This document shows, one piece after another, positions 1 to 9,622 of a DNA stretch of 64,000 bases; position 1 is the first letter of the stretch; each line of letters starts with the position of its first letter. The stretch spans positions 21,554 through 85,553 of the forward strand of contig CAVYNY010000036.1 in the NCBI GenBank assembly GCA_963769935.1, given 5' to 3'. The notes below the pieces were generated by a model. That model had not been told where the DNA came from and did no database searches. It saw only the letters and a program-made list of their open reading frames with translations. Origin of the DNA: an uncultured delta proteobacterium (lineage in GTDB: Bacteria > Desulfobacterota > Desulfobacteria > Desulfobacterales > JAFDCJ01). The position numbers and the translations under genes were made by a program.

Positions 1-687
1 TTGATAAACCTTGGTAATCGGCTGGCCGCGTCGGGCGGTTGCTTTCCAGTGGATATCTTCATAACTGTCGCCCGGAAGATATTCCCTTAACTGTTCGAAT
101 TCCTTTCCTTTGCCTACCTGCCGCTGGGCATGGATGCCGATGCCCCGGTTCAGAAACAGGCCGGTTAATTTTTTGCGTTCTCTTAAAACATCAGGGTAGA
201 CCCGAATTTCAGAACGAACGGTCTCGGTTCGACGCACGGACCAAAATCCCAGCCGGGAAGGCGTTTCCAGGTAACAATCGTTTATCCGATACAATCCTTG
301 TTTTAAGCCTTTAAAGGGCCATTCAACTACAGAATTCCCGGCCGCGGCCGGCAAATCGGTGCGCAAATCGGGGTGCCAAGAATAAATCTCCGGGGGGAAC
401 GCGAGGCCAAGCCTGATTTGTCTGACGGTTACAGCAGGATTTTCAACTGACAGGGGCATCCGGCCATCACGACCCACCGAAAGCCGCACGACCTCCGGCA
501 GGCTTACCCGGATGCCCGCCAGTCGGTGTCGTGAAGCCGCGGCGTCAGCCGCCGCAATTACCACCAGCAAAGCCGCCAGTCCAATCCCAGCACCGGAAGC
601 CGGCGGCACCATCGCGGCCATCACGGAAACAGGCAGCAAAACAAGGGCCGCCACGATGATAAGTTTTGTGCTGGGAACAAGTTTCAT
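1..687 (-). CDS. DUF58 family (MoxR-associated) protein, runs off window edge
   Basis: Not in ORF track. Manual translation from ATG at 687 is open to base 1: MKLVPSTKLII...GKGKEFEQLREYLPGDSYEDIHWKATARRGQPITKVYQ, the typical DUF58 motif; directly downstream of MoxR. Confidence 0.9.
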   Translation of the reverse strand, partial: MKLVPSTKLIIVAALVLLPVSVMAAMVPPASGAGIGLAALLVVIAAADAAASRHRLAGIRVSLPEVVRLSVGRDGRMPLSVENPAVTVRQIRLGLAFPPEIYSWHPDLRTDLPAAAGNSVVEWPFKGLKQGLYRINDCYLETPSRLGFWSVRRTETVRSEIRVYPDVLRERKKLTGLFLNRGIGIHAQRQVGKGKEFEQLREYLPGDSYEDIHWKATARRGQPITKVYQ

Positions 688-835
688 GGGTGTGGATGGT
701 TCAGTTCGTTATGATCGTTGAGATCGTTTTGTTCGTTTAGTTCGTTAGGATCGTTCACTGAAAGTGCCTTCCCTTAAATCACAGATCGCTTTTTTTTACG
801 CTAGCGCTATGCTCTCTGCCTAATGCCCCCCATGC

Positions 836-927
836 AACCCGCAGACCGTAGCCCCCATCCCGCAGCCCGCAACCCGCACCTCGCAACCCGCATCCCGCAA
901 CCCGCATCCCGCAACCCGCAACCCGTC
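836..927. repeat. Degenerate heptamer tandem repeat (CCCGCAA/CCCGCAT)
   Basis: About a dozen imperfect units; related shorter arrays near 10958-10985, 42066-42118, 45252-45297 and 54210-54232. Confidence 0.85.
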
Positions 928-929
928 TT

Positions 930-1895
930 TTACCTGGGCACCGCAATCTCCCTTAAAATCTCCTCGATCACTTCTTTGACCGTCAGACCTTCAATCTCAA
1001 ACTCCGGCCGCAGGATGAGGCGATGTTCCAGTACTGCCGGGGCCATGGTTTTGATGTCATCCGGAGTGATGAAATCGCGCCCGTTTATGGCGGCATACGT
1101 GCGGGCAGCCAGAATCAACGCCTGGGTGGCCCGCGGGCCGGCTCCCACCAGCACGCTGGAATGCTGCCGGGTCCGGCGCACAATATCAACAATATAGGCG
1201 GAGAGCTCGTCTTTCACCAGGATGTCTTCCAGGGACTCGCGCAGTTTGGCCAAAATATCAGGGGTTATTATCTGTTTGATCCGGCCGCTTGCCAGCACGC
1301 TTTCCGGCGAGTCCTTGCCCAGCATGCGCCTGGCCAGGGCCAATTCTTCCTCCCGGGCAGGATGGTCCATTGAAATTTTAAGCATGAAACGATCCTTTTG
1401 GGCTTCGGGCAGGGGATAGGTGCCCTCATATTCGATCGGGTTCTGGGTGGCAAAAACGGTAAAATTCGGCGACAGCTTATGGGTTTTGCGATCGATTGTC
1501 ACCGTTCTCTCCTGCATGGCCTGCAGCAGAGCGGACTGGGTCTTGGCCGGGGCGCGGTTGATTTCATCGGCCAGCAAAAAGGTAGTAAACACCGGCCCTT
1601 TCACGAGCGAGAACACATCTTTTTGCAGATTAAATACGTGGGTTCCCGTGATGTCGGTGGGCATCAAATCCGGGGTGAATTGAATTCTGGCAAAATCACA
1701 GCGCATGACATGCGCCAGGGTTCGAACCAGCAATGTCTTGGCCACGCCGGGAACACCCTCGACCAAAGCATGGTTGCCGGAAAAAATGGCGATCAACGCC
1801 TGGTCCACGACCGGCTCCTGGCCGATAATGACTTTAGCGACTTCCTGTTTGGTGAGCAGCAGTGCTTTCTTCAACATTTCCGTTTTTCCACTCAT
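930..1895 (-). CDS. moxR: MoxR family AAA+ ATPase
   Basis: Walker A GVPGVAKT, RIQFTPDLMPTD, LLADEINRAPAKTQSALL, ATQNPIEYEGTYPLPEAQKDRF. Confidence 0.95.
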   Translation of the reverse strand: MSGKTEMLKKALLLTKQEVAKVIIGQEPVVDQALIAIFSGNHALVEGVPGVAKTLLVRTLAHVMRCDFARIQFTPDLMPTDITGTHVFNLQKDVFSLVKGPVFTTFLLADEINRAPAKTQSALLQAMQERTVTIDRKTHKLSPNFTVFATQNPIEYEGTYPLPEAQKDRFMLKISMDHPAREEELALARRMLGKDSPESVLASGRIKQIITPDILAKLRESLEDILVKDELSAYIVDIVRRTRQHSSVLVGAGPRATQALILAARTYAAINGRDFITPDDIKTMAPAVLEHRLILRPEFEIEGLTVKEVIEEILREIAVPR

Positions 1896-3228
1896 AATCT
1901 ATTACCTCGTGAATATATTCCAAGACGTTTTATCGCACTGCTTATTTTCCGATATCCGGCCACGGAGTCCGTTTTCTTCTTGGAAGATTGCGATTCCGAA
2001 CGCAGAATGTTTTTAATAAGCTCGGCGGCGCCGGTTCGAAGGCGCTTGTCCTTTTTAAAGGTCTGTTCCCATTCCCGGATACAGATCGGCAGAACTTTGT
2101 TTTCCGCGAAGTTGCGGCGCAGCAAAGCGATAAGTCCGCTGGTAAAGTCTTTTTCAGATACGACATCGGCACCGGCCGGTGTGTCGGCCTGACGGGGCGG
2201 CACAAAATAGACTGCGTTTTTCCATACGAACAACAGCGCCAGAAAAGACAGCGACCCCAAAAACCACTTAAACCGGTAATGGCGCAAAAGGTCGGCAACA
2301 CCGGATTGTTTATAGATGCCGAAATGGGTTTCATCGAATATAATTTTAGCGGGGCGTCCGAGCAGCCATGCCAGCAGTTGCGGGTGCCGTTCAGACCGCA
2401 GGGCTTCATTGCTGATAAAAAATGAGTCGGCGCACAACACCAGGGTGCCCCGGCCCATCGGCCGCTCAACGATCACGGGGTTGCCATTGATCGCGTATAA
2501 GCGTCTGCCAGCTGTCATTCAGCAGCTCGAAGTAGAGATTCGAATGCCATGAAACGGCGGCCGGAAGATTCGGCCGGAGGCCAACCGCATCGAGGGCTGA
2601 GAGACTTTTCGTCCTTGACCGGCAAATTCTCGATAAAATTAAAGCCGATGCCCCACTTTTCCTTGATGGATACAAATTGAGTCTCCGCTGCGCTCTTTCG
2701 GGAAGCCGGCTTATCCGTTTTAGCCGGCGTCGATTCCCGTGATGTCCCGGATTTGTTTTCACAGGCCGGTTTTTGGGTGGGATTCTCAGCGCCGGGTTCC
2801 AAATCTTTTTTTCCCGCGGGGTTATCCTTATCGGACAGGCATGGGTTTTCTTCAACTTCTTTAATGACCGGCAGAAAGGAAAAAACCAGGCGTCCACCCG
2901 ATTGGGTCAGGCGTTCGAAGACTTTGCTCAAACTTTCCGGCAGCAAGTCGTTTGCGGCTGCCCCGGCGCCCAAATATAGCAAAGTGGTATGCGGCTCAAA
3001 TTTTAATAAAGACGGCAGTTGGAAGTTGCGCTGCACTGCAATATCTTTAAAATTCCCCAGGCTCTCATAAAAGGCCCGGCTTCCGAGCGGATCACTGCGC
3101 AGCGAAGAATAGGCCGGATATATGTCCCCGGCCTCAAAGCGCAAGATAAACAAATGGATCACGCCGGCCAGCAGACAAATAAGCAGCAGCGCCAGGGCGT
3201 ATGCTCGTATGGCCTTATTTTTCGGCAA
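1892..3228 (-). pseudogene. DUF4350-like membrane-anchored protein broken by two apparent +1 frameshifts (or sequencing errors)
   Basis: Three ORF pieces (2515-3312, 2466-2897, 1892-2518) join into one protein: YSSLRSDPLGSRAFYESL...VSWHSNLYFELLNDSWQTL/YAINGNPVIVERPMGRGTLVLCADSFFISNEAL...FDETHFG. Shifts at about 2600 and 2498; position before MoxR is typical. Confidence 0.7.
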
Positions 3229-4855
3229 ATGCCATAATCCTTTGATGGTCGGTTGCATAGCCGTCGAAGTCGGCTGGATCGATACGGTACATGCCGTACC
3301 AGGCACATTCAAAAAAATTTAAACTGCTGGAGAAAGTGAGCAGCAGCTCTTTATATTCATGAGCCCGTCGTTTCAGCTCCTGCTCGTATTCGCGATTTGA
3401 TTTATAGGCTTCAATGGTAAGCAGGTCGTGTTCAGCCAGCTTGGCCAACGTTGCCAGGTAAAGGGCGCGTGCTGCCAGGCGCAATTCTCCTTTTGCGGTC
3501 AATTCGCCGGCCAGCGCCAGCCAATGATTGGTCGAGAGATCATCGGCCGTCAGGCTTTCATCGTTCAAATCGGGTGTCAGTACCGGCGCGGCGCTGACCG
3601 TTTCGACCGCCTCGGTCCGGCGTCGCTGCCAGATTCGCACCAAAACATAGGCCAGCACGGTCAAAAGCAGAATCAAAAGCACAATCAACACAATCCGCAC
3701 GGAGGTTATCCAGTTGCCGCCGGCGGTGTCGGTTTGCTTATCCGGCCGTGGCGGCAGGCTCTTAAGCCACTCGACAAATTGTTTGATCCATTGACCGATC
3801 TTTTTGATGCCTTTACCAAGCATCTCTATCACCCATTCGACGGCAGCTTCGAGGGGGCCTTTGGCTGTCTTTTCATCAGGCCGGATGGTTTCCCGGGGCA
3901 TACGCCAGGTGAACTCCCGTTGTTGCAGGATTTCTTCAATGGAGCGATCAAGCTCGGCCGGCGCAACCCCTGCCGGCTGCGCGGCCAGGGAAGTAAATGG
4001 CGACATGCACAAGGCCATAATCAGCAGACCGCCTGCCACTTTTTTTCCGACGGTTGATATCTGATTCAGCTCCATCCTGAGATCATCACCGGACTGCAGC
4101 ACCGATCCGTAAAAGCATCGCAGGACATAGGTGGTTTTGATCAAGGGGTCCAGAAACAGATAAGTAATTCCCAGCATGGCAACCCAGAACGTTGTGTTAA
4201 GGATCATGTGAGATCCACTCAAGGTGAACCTGGAATGGACGCCCAACAGGGTTTTTATCAGCTGCGGAATAAATACCGCCGCCATGGATACATTCAGAAA
4301 AATTACAATACCGAAAAGCCAGTATATTCCGATCAGCAAATGATTTTGCTGCGGCCAGAGTTTAGCCTGGTGCCAGGCCCATCTGCAGGTCGACTTGACC
4401 TTTTGGCCTTCGGCTTCATCATGGACGGCAGCATTCTGATAAAATGCATAGCAACATCCGAACGGGATAATCATCAGGGATGCAATGGGTATCACAAAAA
4501 AGCGGGTGGATTGGATCAGACATTGGGTTGCGGCTATGGATGCGATTCGGCGCAGGGACCACGGATATTGCAGTTGACCGAACAGTTGGGTTTTCACTTG
4601 ATAAGCAAAAAGAGTGTGCCAGAATTTCATCCAGGCATACAGAAAGGCAAGCCCTAATGCGGCCGTGGTGTTGTATTTGAAGGCCTCGGCACTGCGGCTC
4701 ATATCCGCCCAGAAATACAGCAATCCAAGTACAAAAGGCACACCGCCGGCGTAGTAAACGCTAAGCAGAGCAACCGGCGCTGATCGCAGGATATGAACGG
4801 CCTCTTCGGCCATGCGGATCGCGCTTTTTTGGTGTATTCTTCGACCGGGTTTCAT
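3215..4855 (-). CDS. Multi-pass membrane protein with C-terminal DUF4129-like domain
   Basis: Several hydrophobic helices; C-terminal AARALYLATL...KSNREY...FFECAWYG. ATG at 4855 overlaps the upstream stop (ATGA). Confidence 0.8.
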   Translation of the reverse strand: MKPGRRIHQKSAIRMAEEAVHILRSAPVALLSVYYAGGVPFVLGLLYFWADMSRSAEAFKYNTTAALGLAFLYAWMKFWHTLFAYQVKTQLFGQLQYPWSLRRIASIAATQCLIQSTRFFVIPIASLMIIPFGCCYAFYQNAAVHDEAEGQKVKSTCRWAWHQAKLWPQQNHLLIGIYWLFGIVIFLNVSMAAVFIPQLIKTLLGVHSRFTLSGSHMILNTTFWVAMLGITYLFLDPLIKTTYVLRCFYGSVLQSGDDLRMELNQISTVGKKVAGGLLIMALCMSPFTSLAAQPAGVAPAELDRSIEEILQQREFTWRMPRETIRPDEKTAKGPLEAAVEWVIEMLGKGIKKIGQWIKQFVEWLKSLPPRPDKQTDTAGGNWITSVRIVLIVLLILLLTVLAYVLVRIWQRRRTEAVETVSAAPVLTPDLNDESLTADDLSTNHWLALAGELTAKGELRLAARALYLATLAKLAEHDLLTIEAYKSNREYEQELKRRAHEYKELLLTFSSSLNFFECAWYGMYRIDPADFDGYATDHQRIMAFAEK

Positions 4856-5178
4856 GATCCCGTCCACCATCCGCTCTGCCATAAGGTTCCCTCATGAAAG
4901 TCCGACGGCAGCGATAGTAAAATCTGGGCTGTATAGTAAAAAATAACGTATAAAATAATGATGCCGAGCAGAAACTGGCCCATTTGCAGCAACCCTTGAA
5001 ATCGGTTCGATCCAATGCCGGTCGGCTCGGACATTTTACGCAGGCAGGCGGCACACAGTACTTTATCTTCATGCTCCGTGATGCACTCCCGGCAGAAAAA
5101 CCGGCCGCACTCCGGACAGCAGGCCACTGCTTCCCGCAGCATGTGGTTGTGGCAACGTTGATGAGTGAGATCCTGCAT
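4852..5178 (-). CDS. B-box-type zinc-finger protein with C-terminal TM helix
   Basis: CHNH-x4-AVACCPECGRFFCREC...LCAAC followed by a hydrophobic segment. Confidence 0.8.
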   Translation of the reverse strand: MQDLTHQRCHNHMLREAVACCPECGRFFCRECITEHEDKVLCAACLRKMSEPTGIGSNRFQGLLQMGQFLLGIIILYVIFYYTAQILLSLPSDFHEGTLWQSGWWTGS

Positions 5179-5418
5179 AAAATTGATAATCCTGATTAGT
5201 TTAATTTTTTGTTTTTCGAATTTTGTATTTGTTTCGAATCTCGTGCCTCAAATCTCGTAATAAATCAGCCACTAAGACACTAAGCCCCAAAGATCGTAAT
5301 ACAATTCTATTGATGCCGTTTATAATTATGAAGCACATCAAAATTGAAAAGTTTAAATTTCAGATTCATTCTTCGCGTCTTCGTGACTTAGTGGCTGTAC
5401 TTTTGCCGAATTTGTTAC

Positions 5419-6474
5419 TTAAATTGTTTCGGTCTTTCTGGAAATAACCGGAGATCCGGGAGTCGAAGACCTTCTTGTCGCCGGCTTTTTGACCTTTTTC
5501 TCCGATCGCAGAAGTATAATCAATCCCGGGATACCGAGGAATAAGGCGCCGCAGATCGCCATAAAATTAAGGCTCATCATCAGAGGACTTTCCCAGGGTG
5601 AAATGCTGGATAGAGACTTAAATACTTCCCACTGGTTGTATGCGATTCTTGGATTTCTCATCGCAAATCCAATGCCGATGATATAGCCCACGGCAAAATT
5701 AGCACAAACGAGGCCCAGACAGGTCCAGGTTATGGCTCGGAGTGAAGCGGGCAGATTACTGTTATGTTGTTTTACCAGCGCCAGGATGACACATATCCCG
5801 ATGCCCATCCCGGCAACAGAGCCCAGAACGGTCGGAATCACGTGGGTGATAAAAAACTCCATTGCGGCCAGCACACCGTCAAACAGCAGCAGCCCGAACA
5901 GGATCATATGAACCCTGCCTGTTTCGCGCCCGGCGACAGTTGCCCCGGGGCCGCCGTGCGCCTTGCGCTCAGCCGGTCGCACCGGTATTTTATTTAAATC
6001 TTCCGGTTTCAGAGTTCCCTGGGCCAGTTGGATGAATGGCCGCACACGATCCATGACCCGGCCTGCAATCTTCAATCGGCTTAGCGAATGCAATCTCTCG
6101 GTTTGCACGGCGGTCAGGAGTCTGGTCTCGCAGGTAGGCCCCTTGTAGAGATTGATCAATAGAAAAAGGACCATCATGCCGCAAACAACGGCATAAAAGA
6201 TGGACCATCCTCCGCCAAAGAAAAAGACCGGCACCAGGAACATCAGAATAAAACAGCCCAGGACGATATTTTGAATCTTGCCGACTATGGTCTTGCGGGT
6301 AATGATCGCCTGGATATCATTAAAATAAAAGCGCTTGTAATCTTCGACACCAAACCGGGAAAAAATGTAAAGTAAATGATCCTTTCCCTGCCATAGCGTA
6401 TGCTTGCCGATTAGAAATCCCTTTTTGGTTCCCGGCAGTTTTTGATATGTTTTAACGCTATGCGCCATTTTCAT
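5419..6474 (-). CDS. Hypothetical integral membrane protein
   Basis: 351 aa with ~6 hydrophobic segments; EDYKRFYFNDIQAI motif; co-oriented within the cluster. Confidence 0.75.
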   Translation of the reverse strand: MKMAHSVKTYQKLPGTKKGFLIGKHTLWQGKDHLLYIFSRFGVEDYKRFYFNDIQAIITRKTIVGKIQNIVLGCFILMFLVPVFFFGGGWSIFYAVVCGMMVLFLLINLYKGPTCETRLLTAVQTERLHSLSRLKIAGRVMDRVRPFIQLAQGTLKPEDLNKIPVRPAERKAHGGPGATVAGRETGRVHMILFGLLLFDGVLAAMEFFITHVIPTVLGSVAGMGIGICVILALVKQHNSNLPASLRAITWTCLGLVCANFAVGYIIGIGFAMRNPRIAYNQWEVFKSLSSISPWESPLMMSLNFMAICGALFLGIPGLIILLRSEKKVKKPATRRSSTPGSPVISRKTETI

Positions 6475-6701
6475 GTGTGGTCGGGTAAAAATTCAATTTT
6501 CAGTCGTATAAGGCCATAAACCGTGGATTCTTTGCATTTTATAAACTATTTTTTTCCACCACGAATCCACGAAATTCAGAAAACACGAAATTTGTTTTCT
6601 CTTTTTTCGTGTTTTCGTCCTTTCGTGCTTTCGTGATTAATTTATAGCTTAATTTCCTGCTAAGCCGTGATTTCCACTGCTTTCCTTGCAGCTTTGCCGG
6701 T

Positions 6702-7268
6702 TTAGGCTCTTTGCGCCAGGTTGGTAAAAAACACAATCCAAGCCGTTATTTGAATCCCCGCCAGTATAAAAGCCAAAATAAAACGGATTTTGGTCCGGGG
6801 GATAATACTGGAAGGCGAATTCCAGTGTCTGACGGTCAAATAGATGACAAGCGGTGCCGCAAAGATCGTAAGCCAGTAAAATATAAGAGAAACCGTTGCC
6901 AGCAGCAGGGCAATGGTATCATAACAGGTACGGTGATTTTCCAGATTTTTGATTTTCCCATTGACCTTGGCTTTTTCAAGGCAGGCCGGACACAGATGCT
7001 GACCGTTGAGCGAAACATCACACAGGGCGCAAAGGAACCGGCCGCAGGCGGTGCAGGGCACCACAGCTTTTTTCCGGGGATGATAGAAGCACCCGGCCTC
7101 TTTGTCCATCTGCAGCGCGGCACCGGTCCGGCCCACGGGCAAGGGGCGCCTAAGCGCCGGATAAACATCCGCCCGCATCCGGCAGTTGCAAACACCACAG
7201 GCAACCAATGAATTGGTGTTGACCGCCTCGACTGCCAGCGGAGTATTGCAATTGGTACAGCTCAGCAC
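6702..7268 (-). CDS. Zinc-ribbon/B-box membrane protein
   Basis: CTNC...CGVC, then CFYH...CTACGRFLCALC...LCPAC, and two C-terminal TM segments. Confidence 0.8.
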   Translation of the reverse strand: MLSCTNCNTPLAVEAVNTNSLVACGVCNCRMRADVYPALRRPLPVGRTGAALQMDKEAGCFYHPRKKAVVPCTACGRFLCALCDVSLNGQHLCPACLEKAKVNGKIKNLENHRTCYDTIALLLATVSLIFYWLTIFAAPLVIYLTVRHWNSPSSIIPRTKIRFILAFILAGIQITAWIVFFTNLAQRA

Positions 7269-7513
7269 AAGGTGTTCCTCTGTATGCTAGTAATTAAATT
7301 TTGCCATTGGCCGGATAGGTGCTGACAGGCAGATCGTCAATTGAAAACTGGAGTGTTGGAGTATTGGAGTGTTGAAGGATTGAGAGCCTCCTAATGGAAA
7401 AAATTTGGACGCTCTTTTTTTCAATACTCCACTACTCCATTACTCCATCACTCCGAAAAAAAGTTCTAAGACGATGTACCCGCCAAACCACTTATTCCTA
7501 TTTTTCTTAATTC

Positions 7514-8272
7514 TCACTTCAGGACCACTCTTGTCTCGCAAATCCGATCATGCAGCGTTCGTTTTTGGTCATCAAATGCCGCCATGATAAAACCGATCGT
7601 CAGAATCATGGAGCTGAGCCATTTGGCAAAATGCCGGCCCAGGGCTCTGAGGTAGCTCAGGCGGCTGCGGTCTTCCACCACTATCTTCAGATTGCACGCC
7701 ATTTTGCCGGGTGTAGCGCCATATTTTCCGACAAACCATGTATCATAAACGGCCGGTACGGTGTACTGCAGCAGAATTATCAGCGGCATGAAGGAAAGAA
7801 ACGCCAACGGATTATCCGGGGACTTGGGCATTAAGATTCCGATCGGAACGAAAAAAAGCATATCCAGAATCCAAATGATGAATGCGTCAATCGCCAGAGC
7901 CGCAAAACGTATCCAGAAACCGGCATAATTCATGGTGCCGGCAACAGACAGCCCTTCTTTAATCTTCTGGATAAATACCGGTTTGCAGGCGGCGCAAACC
8001 CAGGACTTCTGAAACCGGATCATTTCATCTTCGGCAAAGGCCCGGCCGCATTCCGAACACGCTGCTTTTCTCATCGGCACCGCCGCTGACCCGTCTTGAG
8101 CACCCTTACCCGTCCGGCTGCGGATATAAACGCCCAACTCCTGCCAGCTTTCCATGCCGGATTGCCAGACAAGGGTCCTGGCAGTTACTTTCTTCTCTTT
8201 TACAAGGAAGAGAAGCTCGGTCTTGCCGATCGGCCCGATTTGTCGTTCGCCTTCGGCATAGTATAAATTCAT
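7514..8272 (-). CDS. RDD family protein with N-terminal GYF_2 (DUF4339) domain and zinc ribbon
   Basis: YY...QIGPI...TLVWQSGMESWQ; CSEC...CAAC; YAGFWIRFAALAID...GATPGKMA...KRTLHDRICETRVV. Confidence 0.9.
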   Translation of the reverse strand: MNLYYAEGERQIGPIGKTELLFLVKEKKVTARTLVWQSGMESWQELGVYIRSRTGKGAQDGSAAVPMRKAACSECGRAFAEDEMIRFQKSWVCAACKPVFIQKIKEGLSVAGTMNYAGFWIRFAALAIDAFIIWILDMLFFVPIGILMPKSPDNPLAFLSFMPLIILLQYTVPAVYDTWFVGKYGATPGKMACNLKIVVEDRSRLSYLRALGRHFAKWLSSMILTIGFIMAAFDDQKRTLHDRICETRVVLK

Positions 8273-8647
8273 AACAATCGCTCCTGCGCCTATGCAGTGC
8301 GTTTAGGCGTATTAGGAGCGCAGCACCTTCAAGGCCACGCGAACTATTCTAATAACTTGAGCCAAAGCACTCCTTCAATGCACCCCTTTTCGGGTAGAGT
8401 ACCGCCGAAAATACATAGGCCAATAATATATAGGCTTATATCGGCCGGGGATATTGAATACTTAACCCCAAATCGTTCAAATCATGCAAAAATTAGCTGA
8501 TTCATTAGAACGTTTGTCAGAATAGAGGTTTGCGCAACATCGCGCCATATCTTGATTCTTGCCGTGCCTTTTCCGGAGCATTGTCCACAGCGTCACAGCG
8601 AAATTTTTGTTTTAGGAGAGAATTGGAGGTGTGGATTGACAGCCACT

Positions 8648-8746
8648 GCCTGGAATTAGGCGCGAGGCCCCTCGCTTGCATGCAGCTAAACAGGCCAAGC
8701 CTGCTCAGCCTGAAATTAGATGCGAAGCATATAGTAATTAAGCCGC
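8648..8746 (-). ncRNA. Candidate structured non-coding element, copy 1
   Basis: ~80% identical by manual alignment to 56843-56940; hairpins on the minus strand; TTGACT-N18-TACTAT at 8760-8731. Confidence 0.4.
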
Positions 8747-8825
8747 GGCGCTTCAGTCAAATTAATTTCTCTAATTCAAATAGCAGTTCCCAACTCTGAA
8801 TATATTATTTTTCAGGGCGGATTAA

Positions 8826-9602
8826 TTAGTGTAAAATCTGGCTGAGAAACAGTTTTGTGCGATCGTGTTGGGGATTGTTAAAAAATTCATCCGGCGTGTT
8901 AGCCTCTACAATTTGACCATAGTCCATAAAAAGCACCCGGTGAGCGACACTCTTGGCAAACCCCATCTCATGCGATACGACAATCATCGTCATACCTTCC
9001 CGGGCAAGTTCGATCATAGAATCCAGTACTTCCTTGATCATTTCCGGGTCGAGGGCGGAGGTAGGTTCGTCAAAAAGCATCACTTTGGGATTCATGCAAA
9101 GGCTGCGGGCAATGGCAACGCGCTGTTGTTGCCCCCCGGAAAGTTGCCCGGGATATTTCAAGGCCTGGTCTGCAATCTGCACCTTGTTTAGAAAATACAT
9201 GGCAGTTTCTTCGGCTTTTTTTTTGGGGATTTTGCGGACCCAAATTGGACCCAGTGTCAGATTTTCTAAAATGGTCAAGTGTGGAAACAGATTAAAATGC
9301 TGGAAGACCATACCGACTTCAGCTCGGATTTTCTCGATATTTTTTAAGTCGTTGGTCAATTCCATCCCGTCGACGATAATCCTGCCCCGCTGGTGTTCTT
9401 CAAGGCGATTGATGCAGCGGATGAGTGTTGACTTGCCGGAACCCGAAGGTCCACAAATAACAATACGCTCCTGCTTTTTGACGGTAAGATTAATGCCTTT
9501 CAGCACATAAAAATCGCCGTACCACTTATGCATTTCGACAATTTCGATGATGGCGTCACCTGCCAAAGTATTTTCCTTATTACCGGATTTTTGCGTGTCC
9601 AT
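8826..9602 (-). CDS. aapP: Amino-acid ABC transporter ATP-binding protein (AapP/BztD type)
   Basis: [34 protein letters not shown]. Confidence 0.9.
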   Translation of the reverse strand: MDTQKSGNKENTLAGDAIIEIVEMHKWYGDFYVLKGINLTVKKQERIVICGPSGSGKSTLIRCINRLEEHQRGRIIVDGMELTNDLKNIEKIRAEVGMVFQHFNLFPHLTILENLTLGPIWVRKIPKKKAEETAMYFLNKVQIADQALKYPGQLSGGQQQRVAIARSLCMNPKVMLFDEPTSALDPEMIKEVLDSMIELAREGMTMIVVSHEMGFAKSVAHRVLFMDYGQIVEANTPDEFFNNPQHDRTKLFLSQILH

Positions 9603-9622
9603 AAAAAGTCTCTCATGTCAGG

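Noticed and set aside
836..927. CRISPR array in the repeat-rich spacers
   Set aside because: Units are 7-9 nt, contiguous and degenerate, with no unique spacers and no cas genes.
8530..8799. 89-aa ORF or tmRNA over the duplicated non-coding element
   Set aside because: The corresponding frame in the second copy has stops; no tmRNA tRNA-like ends or tag-peptide frame were seen.
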